This document shows, piece after piece, positions 18,748 through 28,041 of a stretch of DNA of 64,000 bases (positions are counted from its first letter, which is position 1; the number at the start of each line of letters is the position of its first letter). The position numbers and the translations under genes are program-made. Source of the DNA: Myxococcales bacterium (GTDB taxonomy: Bacteria > Myxococcota > Myxococcia > Myxococcales > 40CM-4-68-19); assembly GCA_036488495.1 (NCBI GenBank), contig DASXHM010000125.1, forward strand, positions 24,560 to 88,559. Direction: 5' to 3'. Below the pieces are notes generated by a model. It was not told the origin of the DNA, ran no database searches, and was given only the letters and a program-made list of their open reading frames with translations.

Positions 18748-20279
18748 CATCGTGGCAGCGCCTTCCCCTCTTTGCGTTTCTTCTGCTGGCGAGCTGCTTC
18801 AACTCGTCCGGCGGCTATCCCATCGTGGTCGCCGTCTCTGGCGCCGGCCAGGTGGGCTTTCTTACGCCCGTGCCCACCGGCGAGACGCAGATCGTCGTGT
18901 CCGGCTTCAACCTGCAGGAGGGGGCAATCGTATTCTGGCAGGGCCGGCCGCATCCCGGCGTGTTGGCGGGCCCGACACCGCAGGGTGGAGCCGCGTCATT
19001 GCAGGTCACCCTCGACCTCCAAGAGACGCTCACACCGGGCGCGGTGACCGTCTCGGTGCAGAATCCGGACTCGCTCAGTTCCAAGCCGGTGCATGTCGAC
19101 GTGGAGCCGAACAACTTCTCGCTGACGGCGATCTCACCTGACCGCTTCGCGCTCGGCGCGGGAGCCTCCACCGCGACCCTCTCCGGGACCGACTTCTTCA
19201 ATGGCATGCAGATCACCTGGAGCGGCACGGTGCTGACCCCGACCGTGCAGGACGGCCATACGGCGACCGTGCAGGTGCCGGCGTCGTTGCTCGCCGCGGC
19301 GGGCGATGCGTTGGTGCAGGTTGTGGATCGCGACTGCCCGGCCTGCGGTCCGTCCACGACAGGAGGGGTGATCGCGCACGTGGGTGCCGGCGTCGTCGTC
19401 GGCCCTTTCCAGCAGGGAGTGCTCGCGCCGTCGTTCCAGGACGTGGCCGGGGACCGCGTCCATGGATTGCTGCTCGGCACCTCCGGCAACTCGCTGGCCG
19501 CGATCGATCCCACCACGGGCGCGTTGGGCGCCGGCGTCGCGGCCTCAGGCCCCATCGCCGTCTCCGACGGAGCGGAGTTCGTCTATGCACAAGGCGTGCG
19601 GTTCACCTTGCCCGGGCTGACCGAGCCGACCACCCTTCCGCCACAAGCCGTCGGCGCGGTGGCTGCGGCGCCGGGCGCACCGCAAACGGTGGCCTACGCC
19701 AACGTCGACGCCATCAACGTGTTCGATGGAACCACGAGGCGCCCTCTCCAAGCGACGGGCGGCTTCTTCGACAACTCGATCACTTGGGGCGCGGACACGT
19801 CGGTGCTCTACGCGGTGGCCGGACGCGCGATCAACAAGTACCCCGTGACCGCCTCAGGAGTTGGCGCCGCCACGACCATCGTCAACGACCCGTCGATCCT
19901 GACACCGGAGGTGATCTTCGACGGCGTCACCCGGCGCCTTTACACCGGCTCGGGCCAGACCTACGACGAAGAGGGTGGCACCCCGCTGACCTTCGACTTG
20001 ACCAACTTCTTCACGCCGGCGCAGTTCACCTGCCACGTGGCGGTCGATTCCGGCTTGGGCAAGGCGTTCTTTGCCTGCGATTTCGTCAGCAGCCGCACAC
20101 CTCCCGGGCTGTGGGTGGCAGCCTACGACCTCGCGACGCAAGCGCCGCTGGGCGGAATCCTCCTCGCACCTGGGCCGACGCAGTCCGTGTCGCGCATCGT
20201 GCGCTTCGGCAACGACGGGCTGGCGGTGATTGGAACTACCCACCTCTACCTGTACCGAGGGCAGTTCGTCCGTCCCTGA
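18744..20279 (+). CDS. Lipoprotein with IPT/TIG-like N-terminal domains and a probable beta-propeller C-terminal region
   Basis: ATG at 18744. Lipobox LLLASC. Two Ig-like segments (..IVVSGFNLQEGAIVFW.., ..ATLSGTDFFNGMQITW..). Confidence 0.6.
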   Translation: MTSWQRLPLFAFLLLASCFNSSGGYPIVVAVSGAGQVGFLTPVPTGETQIVVSGFNLQEGAIVFWQGRPHPGVLAGPTPQGGAASLQVTLDLQETLTPGAVTVSVQNPDSLSSKPVHVDVEPNNFSLTAISPDRFALGAGASTATLSGTDFFNGMQITWSGTVLTPTVQDGHTATVQVPASLLAAAGDALVQVVDRDCPACGPSTTGGVIAHVGAGVVVGPFQQGVLAPSFQDVAGDRVHGLLLGTSGNSLAAIDPTTGALGAGVAASGPIAVSDGAEFVYAQGVRFTLPGLTEPTTLPPQAVGAVAAAPGAPQTVAYANVDAINVFDGTTRRPLQATGGFFDNSITWGADTSVLYAVAGRAINKYPVTASGVGAATTIVNDPSILTPEVIFDGVTRRLYTGSGQTYDEEGGTPLTFDLTNFFTPAQFTCHVAVDSGLGKAFFACDFVSSRTPPGLWVAAYDLATQAPLGGILLAPGPTQSVSRIVRFGNDGLAVIGTTHLYLYRGQFVRP

Positions 20280-20354
20280 TATGTCCGGCACCGCGATGCA
20301 GCGGCGCTTTCGAAAGGCGCATGCTGGGACGCTGGCGAGCCGCCCTGCTGTCAT

Positions 20355-20404
20355 CCTCGAGTATAGAAGCTTCGCTTTGGCGTCGAGAGCGGCATCCCAT
20401 CTCC
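20355..20404. repeat. 50-nt repeat, copy a (partner at 52333-52381)
   Basis: CCTCGAGTATAGAAGCTTCGCTTTGGCGTCGAGAGCGGCATCCCATCTCC aligns with CCTCGGTATTAAAGCTTCGCCTTGGCGTCGAGCGAGGCATCCAATCTCC. Both lie shortly after the stop of a plus-strand gene. Confidence 0.7.
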
Positions 20405-20873
20405 AATATAATATGATGGAGGTTCATTCGCGTCGCGCCACGTTTTGCGCTCGATCGAGGGCGATGTTCATCTGTGCCGGTCCTCCGCGAGATGAAGCGA
20501 GCGCACGAGGAGAAATATCTCGAGCACCCGTACGAAGCGCCGGAGTCTGTTGTCGCGCAGCTGCGTACCGACATGGAGCGCTATTGGGTCGCAGTTAGAC
20601 TAGCCAACACATCCGGCCACATCGTTCCCGAACTAGCAATCGGATCGACACGAATGCAACAGGCCTGGCCGTCATCGATCAAGTCAGAGAACGCCTTACA
20701 AGGCTCACTGCAGTCGCGATGGATCTGTCTGCGTCGCCGTCGTGCTGGGCGCGCCACCGAAAGTGTCGTCCCGTCGCCACCGACATCAAGTCGCGGGAAA
20801 CTTCCCAAACCTCGACCGCCGCGGCAACCGCTCCGTAGCGAAGCGCAATCAATCGGCGTCAGCGGCATCGCGT

Positions 20874-21149
20874 CTACCGCTCGCCTGAGCACGTCGTTGT
20901 GTCGACCCCGTCTCGGCGTTCTCTCCCCGGGAGAGTTCGAAATCGGTGTCGAGCGGTTGCCCCGGAGGACACGCCGGGGTGTCCTGCGGGGTCCCGGCGC
21001 GAGTGCGAAAGGAACGGAGAATGCTCACGCCGATGCTGGCGCCAGCGCAATGTCGCGTAGTTCAGGGCAGAATTGGCGTAAGGTGCGAAGCGCGGACTTC
21101 GCGGGCCTGTGTTAAGCGCGGGCGCGAACTCGATCCGATAGCGCTTCAC
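20874..21149 (-). pseudogene. Degenerate RelE/ParE-type toxin remnant
   Basis: Begins (V/M)KRYRIEFAP, as RelE/ParE toxins do, directly after the antitoxin-like ORF. Beyond about 10 codons the sequence is no longer toxin-like in any single frame. Confidence 0.4.
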
Positions 21150-21151
21150 GT

Positions 21152-21385
21152 TTAGCGCTTGTTGCGGAGCGCATCGAGCACGGTCTTCGCGGGCACCACC
21201 TGGCCCGCCAGGAACTGCTCCTCGGACAGCCCGATGGCGGCGTGCAGGCGCCGGCGGTCCTCGTCCTCGAGGTCGTCGCCCTCTTCGTCATCGAGGCTCT
21301 TGAGCAAGCGATCCAGGAACTAGACCCGCTCTTCAGCGGGCAGCTTCAGGGCTTCGGAGGCTAGCTTTTCGCCATCGGGCGCCAT
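21152..21385 (-). pseudogene. Addiction-module-component-like antitoxin with an in-frame TAG
   Basis: ATG at 21385 gives MAPDGEKLASEALKLPAEERV*FLDRLLKSLDDEEGDDLEDEDRRRLHAAIGLSEEQFLAGQVVPAKTVLDALRNKR. The in-frame stop codon is at 21320-21322. The L.LP.EER..L...L..SL pattern resembles small antitoxin components. Confidence 0.5.
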
Positions 21386-21603
21386 GGGCGGAGTGTACGT
21401 GTCACTCGGACCACCGACAAGCCGGAGGTTGCGGCTCTATTGCGAGCCGCATGTATGCGTTGCGCGTGCCCGAGGGTGTGGTGCATCGTGCCGCGTCCGG
21501 TCGTTCCGACGTCGTCAAACCTGCGCCGTTGCGGCGGTCCTCTCGAACCAACTGACGTCACGCGAGGCATCGTCAATCGCGGCCCCGGCCGCATGGGGGC
21601 CCT

Positions 21604-24600
21604 GTGCACTGCTCGTCGAGCCAGATGTTGCGTCTCTCCTTCTGCGCCCTCGTGCTCGCCGCCGGCTGCGGCGGCAACGAAGCCGGGCAGGTCGCCACCG
21701 CGCCCGCGGCGAGCCTCGTGAAGCTCTCCGGAGACGGGCAGACGGGGACCGCGGGCGCAGCGCTCGCGGCGCCACTCGTCGTCCAGGTGCTGGACGCCAA
21801 CGGCAATCCGTTCGCCGGCTTCACCATCGCCTGGGCGGCGCCAGCCGGCGGCAGCATCGCGGCGGCGACCAACACCACCGGTCCGGACGGCAAGGCCTCC
21901 ATGACCGCCACGCTCGGCAAAGTGGCCGGCGCCAACAGCTTCACCGCCACCGGCGCCGGCCTCTCGGGCTCGGTCGCGACCTTCACCGAGAACGGGGCCC
22001 CCGGCGACGCAACCGCGTTCCAGGTCGCCTTTCCCATCAGCGTCGCGACCCAGGTACCGCACGCTGCGTCCGTCACCGCTCGAGACGCAAACGGAAACTC
22101 GACGAGCTTCCATGGCACGGTCGACGTGACCTTCGGCGAGCCCGACACGGGCAGCGGCGCCCTCTTGCCCGCGGGTGTCGCGCTCGACATCACGCCGACG
22201 GTCCCAGGCGCGATTCCCAACATCACCTTCGCTACCGCCGTCACGCTGCCACCGCTCCAGTCGGTCGTCGTCACCGACGCCAAGAACCCGGCGCTCACCG
22301 GCGCGCAAACGGGAATCACGGTCACTCCGGCGGGCAGCGTCACCACGCTCGCGGCTGCTCCCACCTCGTCTTCGTTCGGCGAGACCGTCGTCTTCACTGC
22401 GCAGGTGGCCGGCGTTCCCTCCGGAGTGCCCACCGGCACGGTGAGCTTCGTCGATGGCGCGACGACCCTCGGCACCGCGACCCTCATCGGTGGCACCGCC
22501 ACCTTCTCGACAGCTTCGCTCGCGGCCGGCACCCACTCGATCAGGGTGGACTACGCAGGCGACACCAACTTCGCCGCGTCGAGCTCGGCCACGCAGCCGC
22601 TCTCGTTCGTGGTCGATCCGGCGACGACCACCGTCAGCCTGGCCACGAGCGCGACGCCCGCAAGCTTCGGAGTTGCCGTGACCTTCACCGCCGCCATCGC
22701 GGTCGCCACCGGCGCGGGCACGCCCACGGGAACGGTCTCCTTCACCGACGGCGGGGCGCCCATGGCAGGTTGCAGCTCGGTCGCGCTCACGGCTCTCCTC
22801 CGGGCGACCTGCACCACGACCACGCTCGCCGTCGGGGCGCACATCATCGCCGCCACGCTGACTGCCGACGCGAACTTCCTCGGATCGTCGAACGCGGTCA
22901 CGCAGACCGTCGACAAGGGCACCACCACGACCGTCGTCACCACCAGCGGCTCGCCCTCGGTCTTCGGCAACAGCGTGACCTTCACCGCCTCGATCGCGGT
23001 GACGGCCGGCGCCGGAGCTCCCACCGGCACGGTCGCCTTCAACGACGGCGCTTTGCCGATCGCCGGTTGCACTGCAGTGGCCTTGACGGCTGGCTCGCAA
23101 GCGGTCTGCACCAGCGCGCTCGCCGCCGGATCGCACACCATCACCGCGGCGTTTGCCGGCGACGCAAACTTCGCCGGTTCGTTGGGCACCGTCCCACAGA
23201 CGGTCGACAAGGCCACCACCAGCGTGACGGTGACCAGCAGCCTCTCGCCGTCCGCGTTCGGCAACTCCGTCACCTTCACCGCGTCCATCGCGGTGCTGAC
23301 GGGCGCGGGCACGCCCACCGGAACGGTCACCTTCGCCGAAGGGGCCAGCCCGCTGATCGGCTGCGCCGGCGTCGCGCTGAATGCCGCGCTCAAGGCGACC
23401 TGCACCCTCTCCACGCTCTCGGTCGGTTCGCACGGCATCACCGCGACCCTGGCCGCCGACGCGAACTTCACCGGCTCCTCGGGCAGCGTCGTCCAGGCGG
23501 TCAACCCGGGCACCACCACCACGGCCGTTCTGTCCAGCAACCCGACGTCGTCCTTCGGCAACAGCGTGACCTTCACCGCCACCGTCGCGGTGGCCAGTGG
23601 GGCCGGCGCGCTGACGGGCACTGTCTCCTTTACCGACACCGTCGGGGCCGGCGCACCTACGGCCATCTCCGGGTGCAACGCGGTGGCCTTGACCGGCACC
23701 CTGAGCGCGACCTGCACGACCAGCACGCTCTCCGTCGCCACCCACACCATCACCGCCAACTACAGCAGCGATCCTGACTTCTCCGGCTCCTCTGGAACCG
23801 TTGCCCAAGCCGTCAATCCGGGGACGACCGGCATCGTGGTCGTCAGCAGCAGCGGCAATCCCAGCGCGCCGGTGACGTTTGGAACGTCGCTCTCCTTCAC
23901 CGCCACCGTCGCGGTCACAGCCGGCACCGGCACGCCGTCGGGAACCGTCTCCTTCGTCGATGCCGTCGGCGCCGGCAGCCCTGGTGCCATCTCGCCGGCT
24001 TGCACGAGCGTAGCGCTCAACACCACGACCCGGCAGGCGACGTGCTCGACCGCGTCGTTGACCCCTGGTGCGCACACCATCACCGCGACCTTCACCAACG
24101 CCAACGGCAACTTCGCCGGGTCGAGCGGGACCGTCACCCAGACGGTGAATCAAGCCGCCACGACCACCGTGAGCGCCAATGGGACGGCGACCTTCGGCGC
24201 CAGCGCGACCTTCAGCGCGACCGTCAGCGCCAGCGTCAGCGCCAGCGCCGGAACGCCGACCGGGACCGTCTCCTTCGTCGACACCGCCTTCGGCGTGGCG
24301 TTGTGTACGGCCACCCTGAACACGAGCAATCCGCCGACCGCCTCGTGCAGCAGCAGCGCCCTTCCCCAGGCGGGCGCGCACACCATCACCGCGACCTATA
24401 GCGGCGACGCCGACTTCGCGACCTCGTCCACCACCTTCCAAGAGACGGCCAACGAGGCCGCGACCACCACCAGCATCACCTCGACCAGCTTGAACGCGAT
24501 CTCGACGTTCGGGCAGAGCGTCACCTTCACCGCGACGGTGGCCTTCACTTCTGCCGTCGGCGGCCCGATCGGCATCGTCACCTTCACCGATCTCCCCACT

Positions 24601-26370
24601 GGCGGCACCGCTTCCAGGCTCTGCACCGCGGTGCTCGATTCGACCCACAAGGCGATCTGCACCGTCAGCAAGGTGAATGCTGGCGTCCACACCATCGCCG
24701 CCGCCTTCCTCGATGACGGCAACTTCCTCGGCTCGACGGGCACGGTCGCGCAGGAGGTCCTCGCGGCCAACGTCCTCGTCGCCGTCAACGTCGGCGGCAC
24801 GCCCACGGCGTCGTCGGCGCCCTTCGGCACGGCGGTGACCTTCACGGCGGCGCTCACGCCGATTCCTCCCACCACCGCCGTGACCGGCACGGTCGTCTTC
24901 ATGGACACCAGCACCAACACGACGCTCGGCGGCGCGAGCTGCCCCTCGACCATCGTCTCGAATCAGGCGCATTGCACCATCTCCACGCTCGACGTCGCGC
25001 ACTCGCCGCACAGCATCGTCGCGACCTTCAATCCGGATACCGGCAATTTCGTCGGTCCGGACGACTCGCCGGCCTTCACCGAGACCATCACCCAAGCAGC
25101 GACCACCACGACCTTCGCCTTCAGCCAGCCCGGCGGCGCCGGCACCCCGGTCGTCTTGACCGCGACGGTCGCGGGCAGTCCGGACGCCGTCCTGCCTCCG
25201 TCGGGGCAAGTCACGTTCACGGCCGGGGCGATCAACGCGACGTGCGCGTTGACCAGCCTCACGGCCTCTACCGCGACCTGCACCAAGTCCATCACGGTGC
25301 CGCCCGGTGCGACGACCTTTGGCGCGAGCTACGGCGGCGACGCCAACTATCTCGGCTCGAGCGCGGCCAGCCAGACGGACACGGTGCAGAGCGCGCCGCC
25401 CGGGCCGGCAGCGGCGGCCATCCTTGGCGGGCCCCTGGACGGCAAGGTCTTCATCGCAGCCGTCAGCCAGGATGCCACGCCCTCACGGGCGACCTTGTTG
25501 TACGAGCCCGCGACCTCCGTCATGACTCCCGGGCCGCAGCTCGCCGCCCCGCGCGCGTTCCTGACCGCCACGGCCATCGGCAACGGCCTCGTCCTCCTCG
25601 CCGGCGGGAACGCCTCCGGCGGCAGCACGTTCGAGCTCTGCAGCTTCGGCGCCGGCGCCTCCTGCTCGCCGACGGGCTCGCTCAGCACCCGGCGCTGCAA
25701 CGCGGCCGCCGCGCTCGAGGGCAGCTCGGTGCTGGTGGCCGGCGGCGACGACTGCTCGGCGAACGCCACCGCGCTCGCGAGCTGGGACCTGTGGAGCGCC
25801 GATGCGATCGTCTCTTCCACCGCCGCGAACCAAATGACCGAGCCGCGCGCTTCGCCGACCGTCACCGTGCTCGGCGGCGGCGCCATCCTGCTCGCGGGCG
25901 GTGCGACCGCCGACGTCTTCCAAGGCAACGCCATCGTCCGGACTGCCCGGATGTCCACCGTCCGCAGCGGCCACAGCGCGACGCTCTTGCCGGCAGGCAG
26001 CAAGGCTTGCGCGTCCGGCGCTTGCGTCTTCGTGGCCGGCGGCGTGGCTGATGCTTCCGCGCCGAGCTGGGAGATCTTCGACGTCGCGAGCGGCAGCTTC
26101 GGCCGCGCGGCCAACGCCCCCGAGCTCTCGAACCCGCTCCTCGCGCGCCACGCCACGGCGCTCCTCGCCGATGGCCGCGTCTTGCTGGCGGGCGGCGTGG
26201 CTCTGGATCGAGCCATTGCTTCCACCGAGACCTTCGACGGCATCGCCTTCAAATCCGGTCCGCCGCTGCAGAGCGCGCGGACAGGCGCCGCAGCCGCGTA
26301 CGTGCCGTCGCTGGATCTGCTGGTGCTCTCGGACGGACGCCAGCCGCCGGAGCTGATCACCGCGCCCTGA
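21604..26370 (+). CDS. Giant lipoprotein with about a dozen Ig-like repeats and a Kelch-like beta-propeller C-terminus
   Basis: Lipobox LVLAAGCGG near the N-terminus; the start could be GTG 21604 or ATG 21625. Repeats of about 95 aa carry ..ATCT.STL..G.H.ITA.Y.GD.NF.GS...V.Q.V. The C-terminal 330 aa hold repeated ..R..H.A.LL.DGRVL.AGG.. units. Confidence 0.85.
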   Translation: MHCSSSQMLRLSFCALVLAAGCGGNEAGQVATAPAASLVKLSGDGQTGTAGAALAAPLVVQVLDANGNPFAGFTIAWAAPAGGSIAAATNTTGPDGKASMTATLGKVAGANSFTATGAGLSGSVATFTENGAPGDATAFQVAFPISVATQVPHAASVTARDANGNSTSFHGTVDVTFGEPDTGSGALLPAGVALDITPTVPGAIPNITFATAVTLPPLQSVVVTDAKNPALTGAQTGITVTPAGSVTTLAAAPTSSSFGETVVFTAQVAGVPSGVPTGTVSFVDGATTLGTATLIGGTATFSTASLAAGTHSIRVDYAGDTNFAASSSATQPLSFVVDPATTTVSLATSATPASFGVAVTFTAAIAVATGAGTPTGTVSFTDGGAPMAGCSSVALTALLRATCTTTTLAVGAHIIAATLTADANFLGSSNAVTQTVDKGTTTTVVTTSGSPSVFGNSVTFTASIAVTAGAGAPTGTVAFNDGALPIAGCTAVALTAGSQAVCTSALAAGSHTITAAFAGDANFAGSLGTVPQTVDKATTSVTVTSSLSPSAFGNSVTFTASIAVLTGAGTPTGTVTFAEGASPLIGCAGVALNAALKATCTLSTLSVGSHGITATLAADANFTGSSGSVVQAVNPGTTTTAVLSSNPTSSFGNSVTFTATVAVASGAGALTGTVSFTDTVGAGAPTAISGCNAVALTGTLSATCTTSTLSVATHTITANYSSDPDFSGSSGTVAQAVNPGTTGIVVVSSSGNPSAPVTFGTSLSFTATVAVTAGTGTPSGTVSFVDAVGAGSPGAISPACTSVALNTTTRQATCSTASLTPGAHTITATFTNANGNFAGSSGTVTQTVNQAATTTVSANGTATFGASATFSATVSASVSASAGTPTGTVSFVDTAFGVALCTATLNTSNPPTASCSSSALPQAGAHTITATYSGDADFATSSTTFQETANEAATTTSITSTSLNAISTFGQSVTFTATVAFTSAVGGPIGIVTFTDLPTGGTASRLCTAVLDSTHKAICTVSKVNAGVHTIAAAFLDDGNFLGSTGTVAQEVLAANVLVAVNVGGTPTASSAPFGTAVTFTAALTPIPPTTAVTGTVVFMDTSTNTTLGGASCPSTIVSNQAHCTISTLDVAHSPHSIVATFNPDTGNFVGPDDSPAFTETITQAATTTTFAFSQPGGAGTPVVLTATVAGSPDAVLPPSGQVTFTAGAINATCALTSLTASTATCTKSITVPPGATTFGASYGGDANYLGSSAASQTDTVQSAPPGPAAAAILGGPLDGKVFIAAVSQDATPSRATLLYEPATSVMTPGPQLAAPRAFLTATAIGNGLVLLAGGNASGGSTFELCSFGAGASCSPTGSLSTRRCNAAAALEGSSVLVAGGDDCSANATALASWDLWSADAIVSSTAANQMTEPRASPTVTVLGGGAILLAGGATADVFQGNAIVRTARMSTVRSGHSATLLPAGSKACASGACVFVAGGVADASAPSWEIFDVASGSFGRAANAPELSNPLLARHATALLADGRVLLAGGVALDRAIASTETFDGIAFKSGPPLQSARTGAAAAYVPSLDLLVLSDGRQPPELITAP
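22318..25390 (+). repeat. Tandem coding repeats (Ig-like domain array) inside the giant lipoprotein gene
   Basis: Periodic recurrence of TVSFTD/FVDG...CT...L..G.H.ITA...D.NF.GS at both protein and DNA level. Boundaries are approximate. Confidence 0.6.
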
Positions 26371-26519
26371 CGTTGCGTCTCGAGCCGCGAACTCCTCGAT
26401 CCGCGGCGGCGAGCGGACGCTGGAAGTAGGAGGGCCAGCTTGACGTCTCGCTACGTTGAGCGCCCCAAGCGGCGTGCTCCGCCACAAATGACCGACGAAC
26501 GGGAGAGGAGGTGAGGTTG

Positions 26520-26582
26520 ATGAAGATCAAGACCAAGGTGCACAGCGGCGCCCTGCTGATCATCGCGTCGCGCAGCTGCTAG
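26520..26582 (+). CDS. Candidate 20-aa micro-ORF (MKIKTKVHSGALLIIASRSC)
   Basis: ATG at 26520 follows GGAGAGGAGGTGAGG at Shine-Dalgarno spacing, the strongest SD I noticed in the window. TAG at 26580-26582. Too short for the ORF track. Confidence 0.3.
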   Translation: MKIKTKVHSGALLIIASRSC

Positions 26583-26766
26583 GTCGATCGATGCTTCTTC
26601 GGGCCGGCGACTTCGACCTTCACGGCTTCCATCTCGCCGGCCTTCTTCCGCGGTGTAGGTAGCGAGTACGTTCGTTCCGTCCTTAATTCCCTTCGCGTGG
26701 AGGTAAAACCGGGTCGTCGTCAGGCGGCCGCCGGCTCGAGACTACGGCCCGGGGTGACATGTTCGA

Positions 26767-27261
26767 TCAGCTGAAGTCGATGTCGACTGTGACGGTCCCG
26801 GCGATGACGCTGTGGCCGGCGCTGTCGAAGACCTGGCACCGCCAAGTGGCGAATTTGTCGCCGACCCGCGAAAACCCGTTCCAGGACCAGGTGACCGAGG
26901 CGGAAGAAGCGTCGCTGACGGCGACGTTCGCCTGCCCACTGACGAGGGTCCATGAATAGGTGTAGGAGCCCGTGCCGCCCGCGGCCGTGACAACGATCGG
27001 CGGATCCGAGGTGCCGCCGGCGACCGCCGACCAACTGGATGCGCTGAGGGTGGCGGAGAGCGCGGCCGAGTCCGGGTTGACGGTCGCCGAGACCGTGCCT
27101 GGGCTGCTAGTCCCGCCCGGGCCGGTGGCGGTATAGGTGAAGCTGTCGGCGCCGGGGACTCCCGTCGAGACGTGGCTGGCCGGCATGTCGCCGCCGCAGG
27201 CGGCGAGACCGAATGCGGCGGCAAAGGCCGCTCCAACGAATGTTTTCTTCATTTGATTCAC
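26767..27261 (-). CDS. Small lipoprotein with Ig/PKD-like beta-sandwich region
   Basis: MNQMKKTFVGAAFAAAFGLAACGG (lipobox), then a Ser/Thr/Gly-rich beta-type sequence (..FTYTATGPGGTSSPGTVSATV.., ..GSYTYSWTLVSG..). Confidence 0.65.
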   Translation of the reverse strand: MNQMKKTFVGAAFAAAFGLAACGGDMPASHVSTGVPGADSFTYTATGPGGTSSPGTVSATVNPDSAALSATLSASSWSAVAGGTSDPPIVVTAAGGTGSYTYSWTLVSGQANVAVSDASSASVTWSWNGFSRVGDKFATWRCQVFDSAGHSVIAGTVTVDIDFS

Positions 27262-27309
27262 TCCTTGTGGTTGCGACGTTCGGCCTTCACGATCGGCCTC
27301 TTGATTGGT

Positions 27310-27325
27310 GTGAGTCTTGACTCAC
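27310..27325. promoter_or_regulatory. Perfect 16-bp palindrome GTGAGTCTTGACTCAC upstream of the 27261 lipoprotein gene
   Basis: A 7-bp inverted repeat with a 2-nt centre, about 50 nt upstream of the minus-strand start. Candidate operator; no known regulator assigned. Confidence 0.25.
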
Positions 27326-27630
27326 CCCGCTTGAGAAGCAACAGCGGCATTGGCTGGAAACCAAGCTCCGCAAGCTCATGACCGAGACCTTTCGAATCCT
27401 GGCCCGGCTTTCGCGGATACCTGAAGCACTCAGCTTGGGCAGAAGCTCGCTTCGAGCGCGGTGGCCGTTTGGCGGGCTTCTTCGAGGGTACCGTCCAGAT
27501 CACCGGCAACCTTGTCGTTGGCCAAGGCACTTCACGCCAGCTCTCGGCCGCGCGCGAGCGACGAAGAGCCGCGTGAAAGGCTGGACAACGCGGGACCGGC
27601 GAGGCTGTGCCTCTGTGCTAGCTTACGTCA

Positions 27631-27783
27631 ATGCTCATCTTGCTCATCGTCCTCTTGCTTCTCGCCACCGGCGGCGGCTTCTACGGCTCGACGCGAAGGT
27701 GGGGTTACGCTGGCTGGTCGCCGCTCGGGTTGATCCTGATCATTTGCTTGCTGCTCTACCTGACCGGCAATCTTCGCTTCTGA
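27631..27783 (+). CDS. DUF3309-like small membrane protein (50 aa)
   Basis: MLILLIVLLLLATGGGFYGSTRRWGYAGWSPLGLILIICLLLYLTGNLRF: two hydrophobic helices around a ..RRWGY..W.. loop, as I remember for DUF3309. Too short for the ORF track. Confidence 0.55.
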   Translation: MLILLIVLLLLATGGGFYGSTRRWGYAGWSPLGLILIICLLLYLTGNLRF

Positions 27784-28041
27784 CCGAGCGCGGAGACGGC
27801 GCGTCGAGGGGCTGGACCGCGAGCCTCCCGAGAAGAGCGTCTCGCAGGTGCCGCTCAGCCCGGCCCACCTCCACTTCCTCGAGTCCGAGAAGGAACATGA
27901 GCCGCAATTCGCGACCGACACAGCCCTCTCGTGCCGAGAAGTAACGGAGCTGGTGAGCGACGAGCTTGAGGCGGGCCTTGCCCGACGCCCCGCGTCCGTC
28001 CTTTCGAATTCGTCGACGGCGAACATCCTTGCGCGAGCTGC

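Noticed and set aside
21361-25209. 1282-aa minus-strand ORF opposite the Ig-like lipoprotein gene. Similar long antisense or alternate-frame ORFs occur at 1869..2960 -, 3535..4626 -, 14154..15929 +, 17677..18750 -, 30379..31746 -, 53358..55448 -, 58429..60111 + and 61996..63342 +.
   Set aside because: The products are Arg/Gly/Asp-rich low-complexity sequences typical of stop-codon-poor antisense frames in high-GC DNA. In each case the opposite or alternate frame encodes a protein with clear family motifs.
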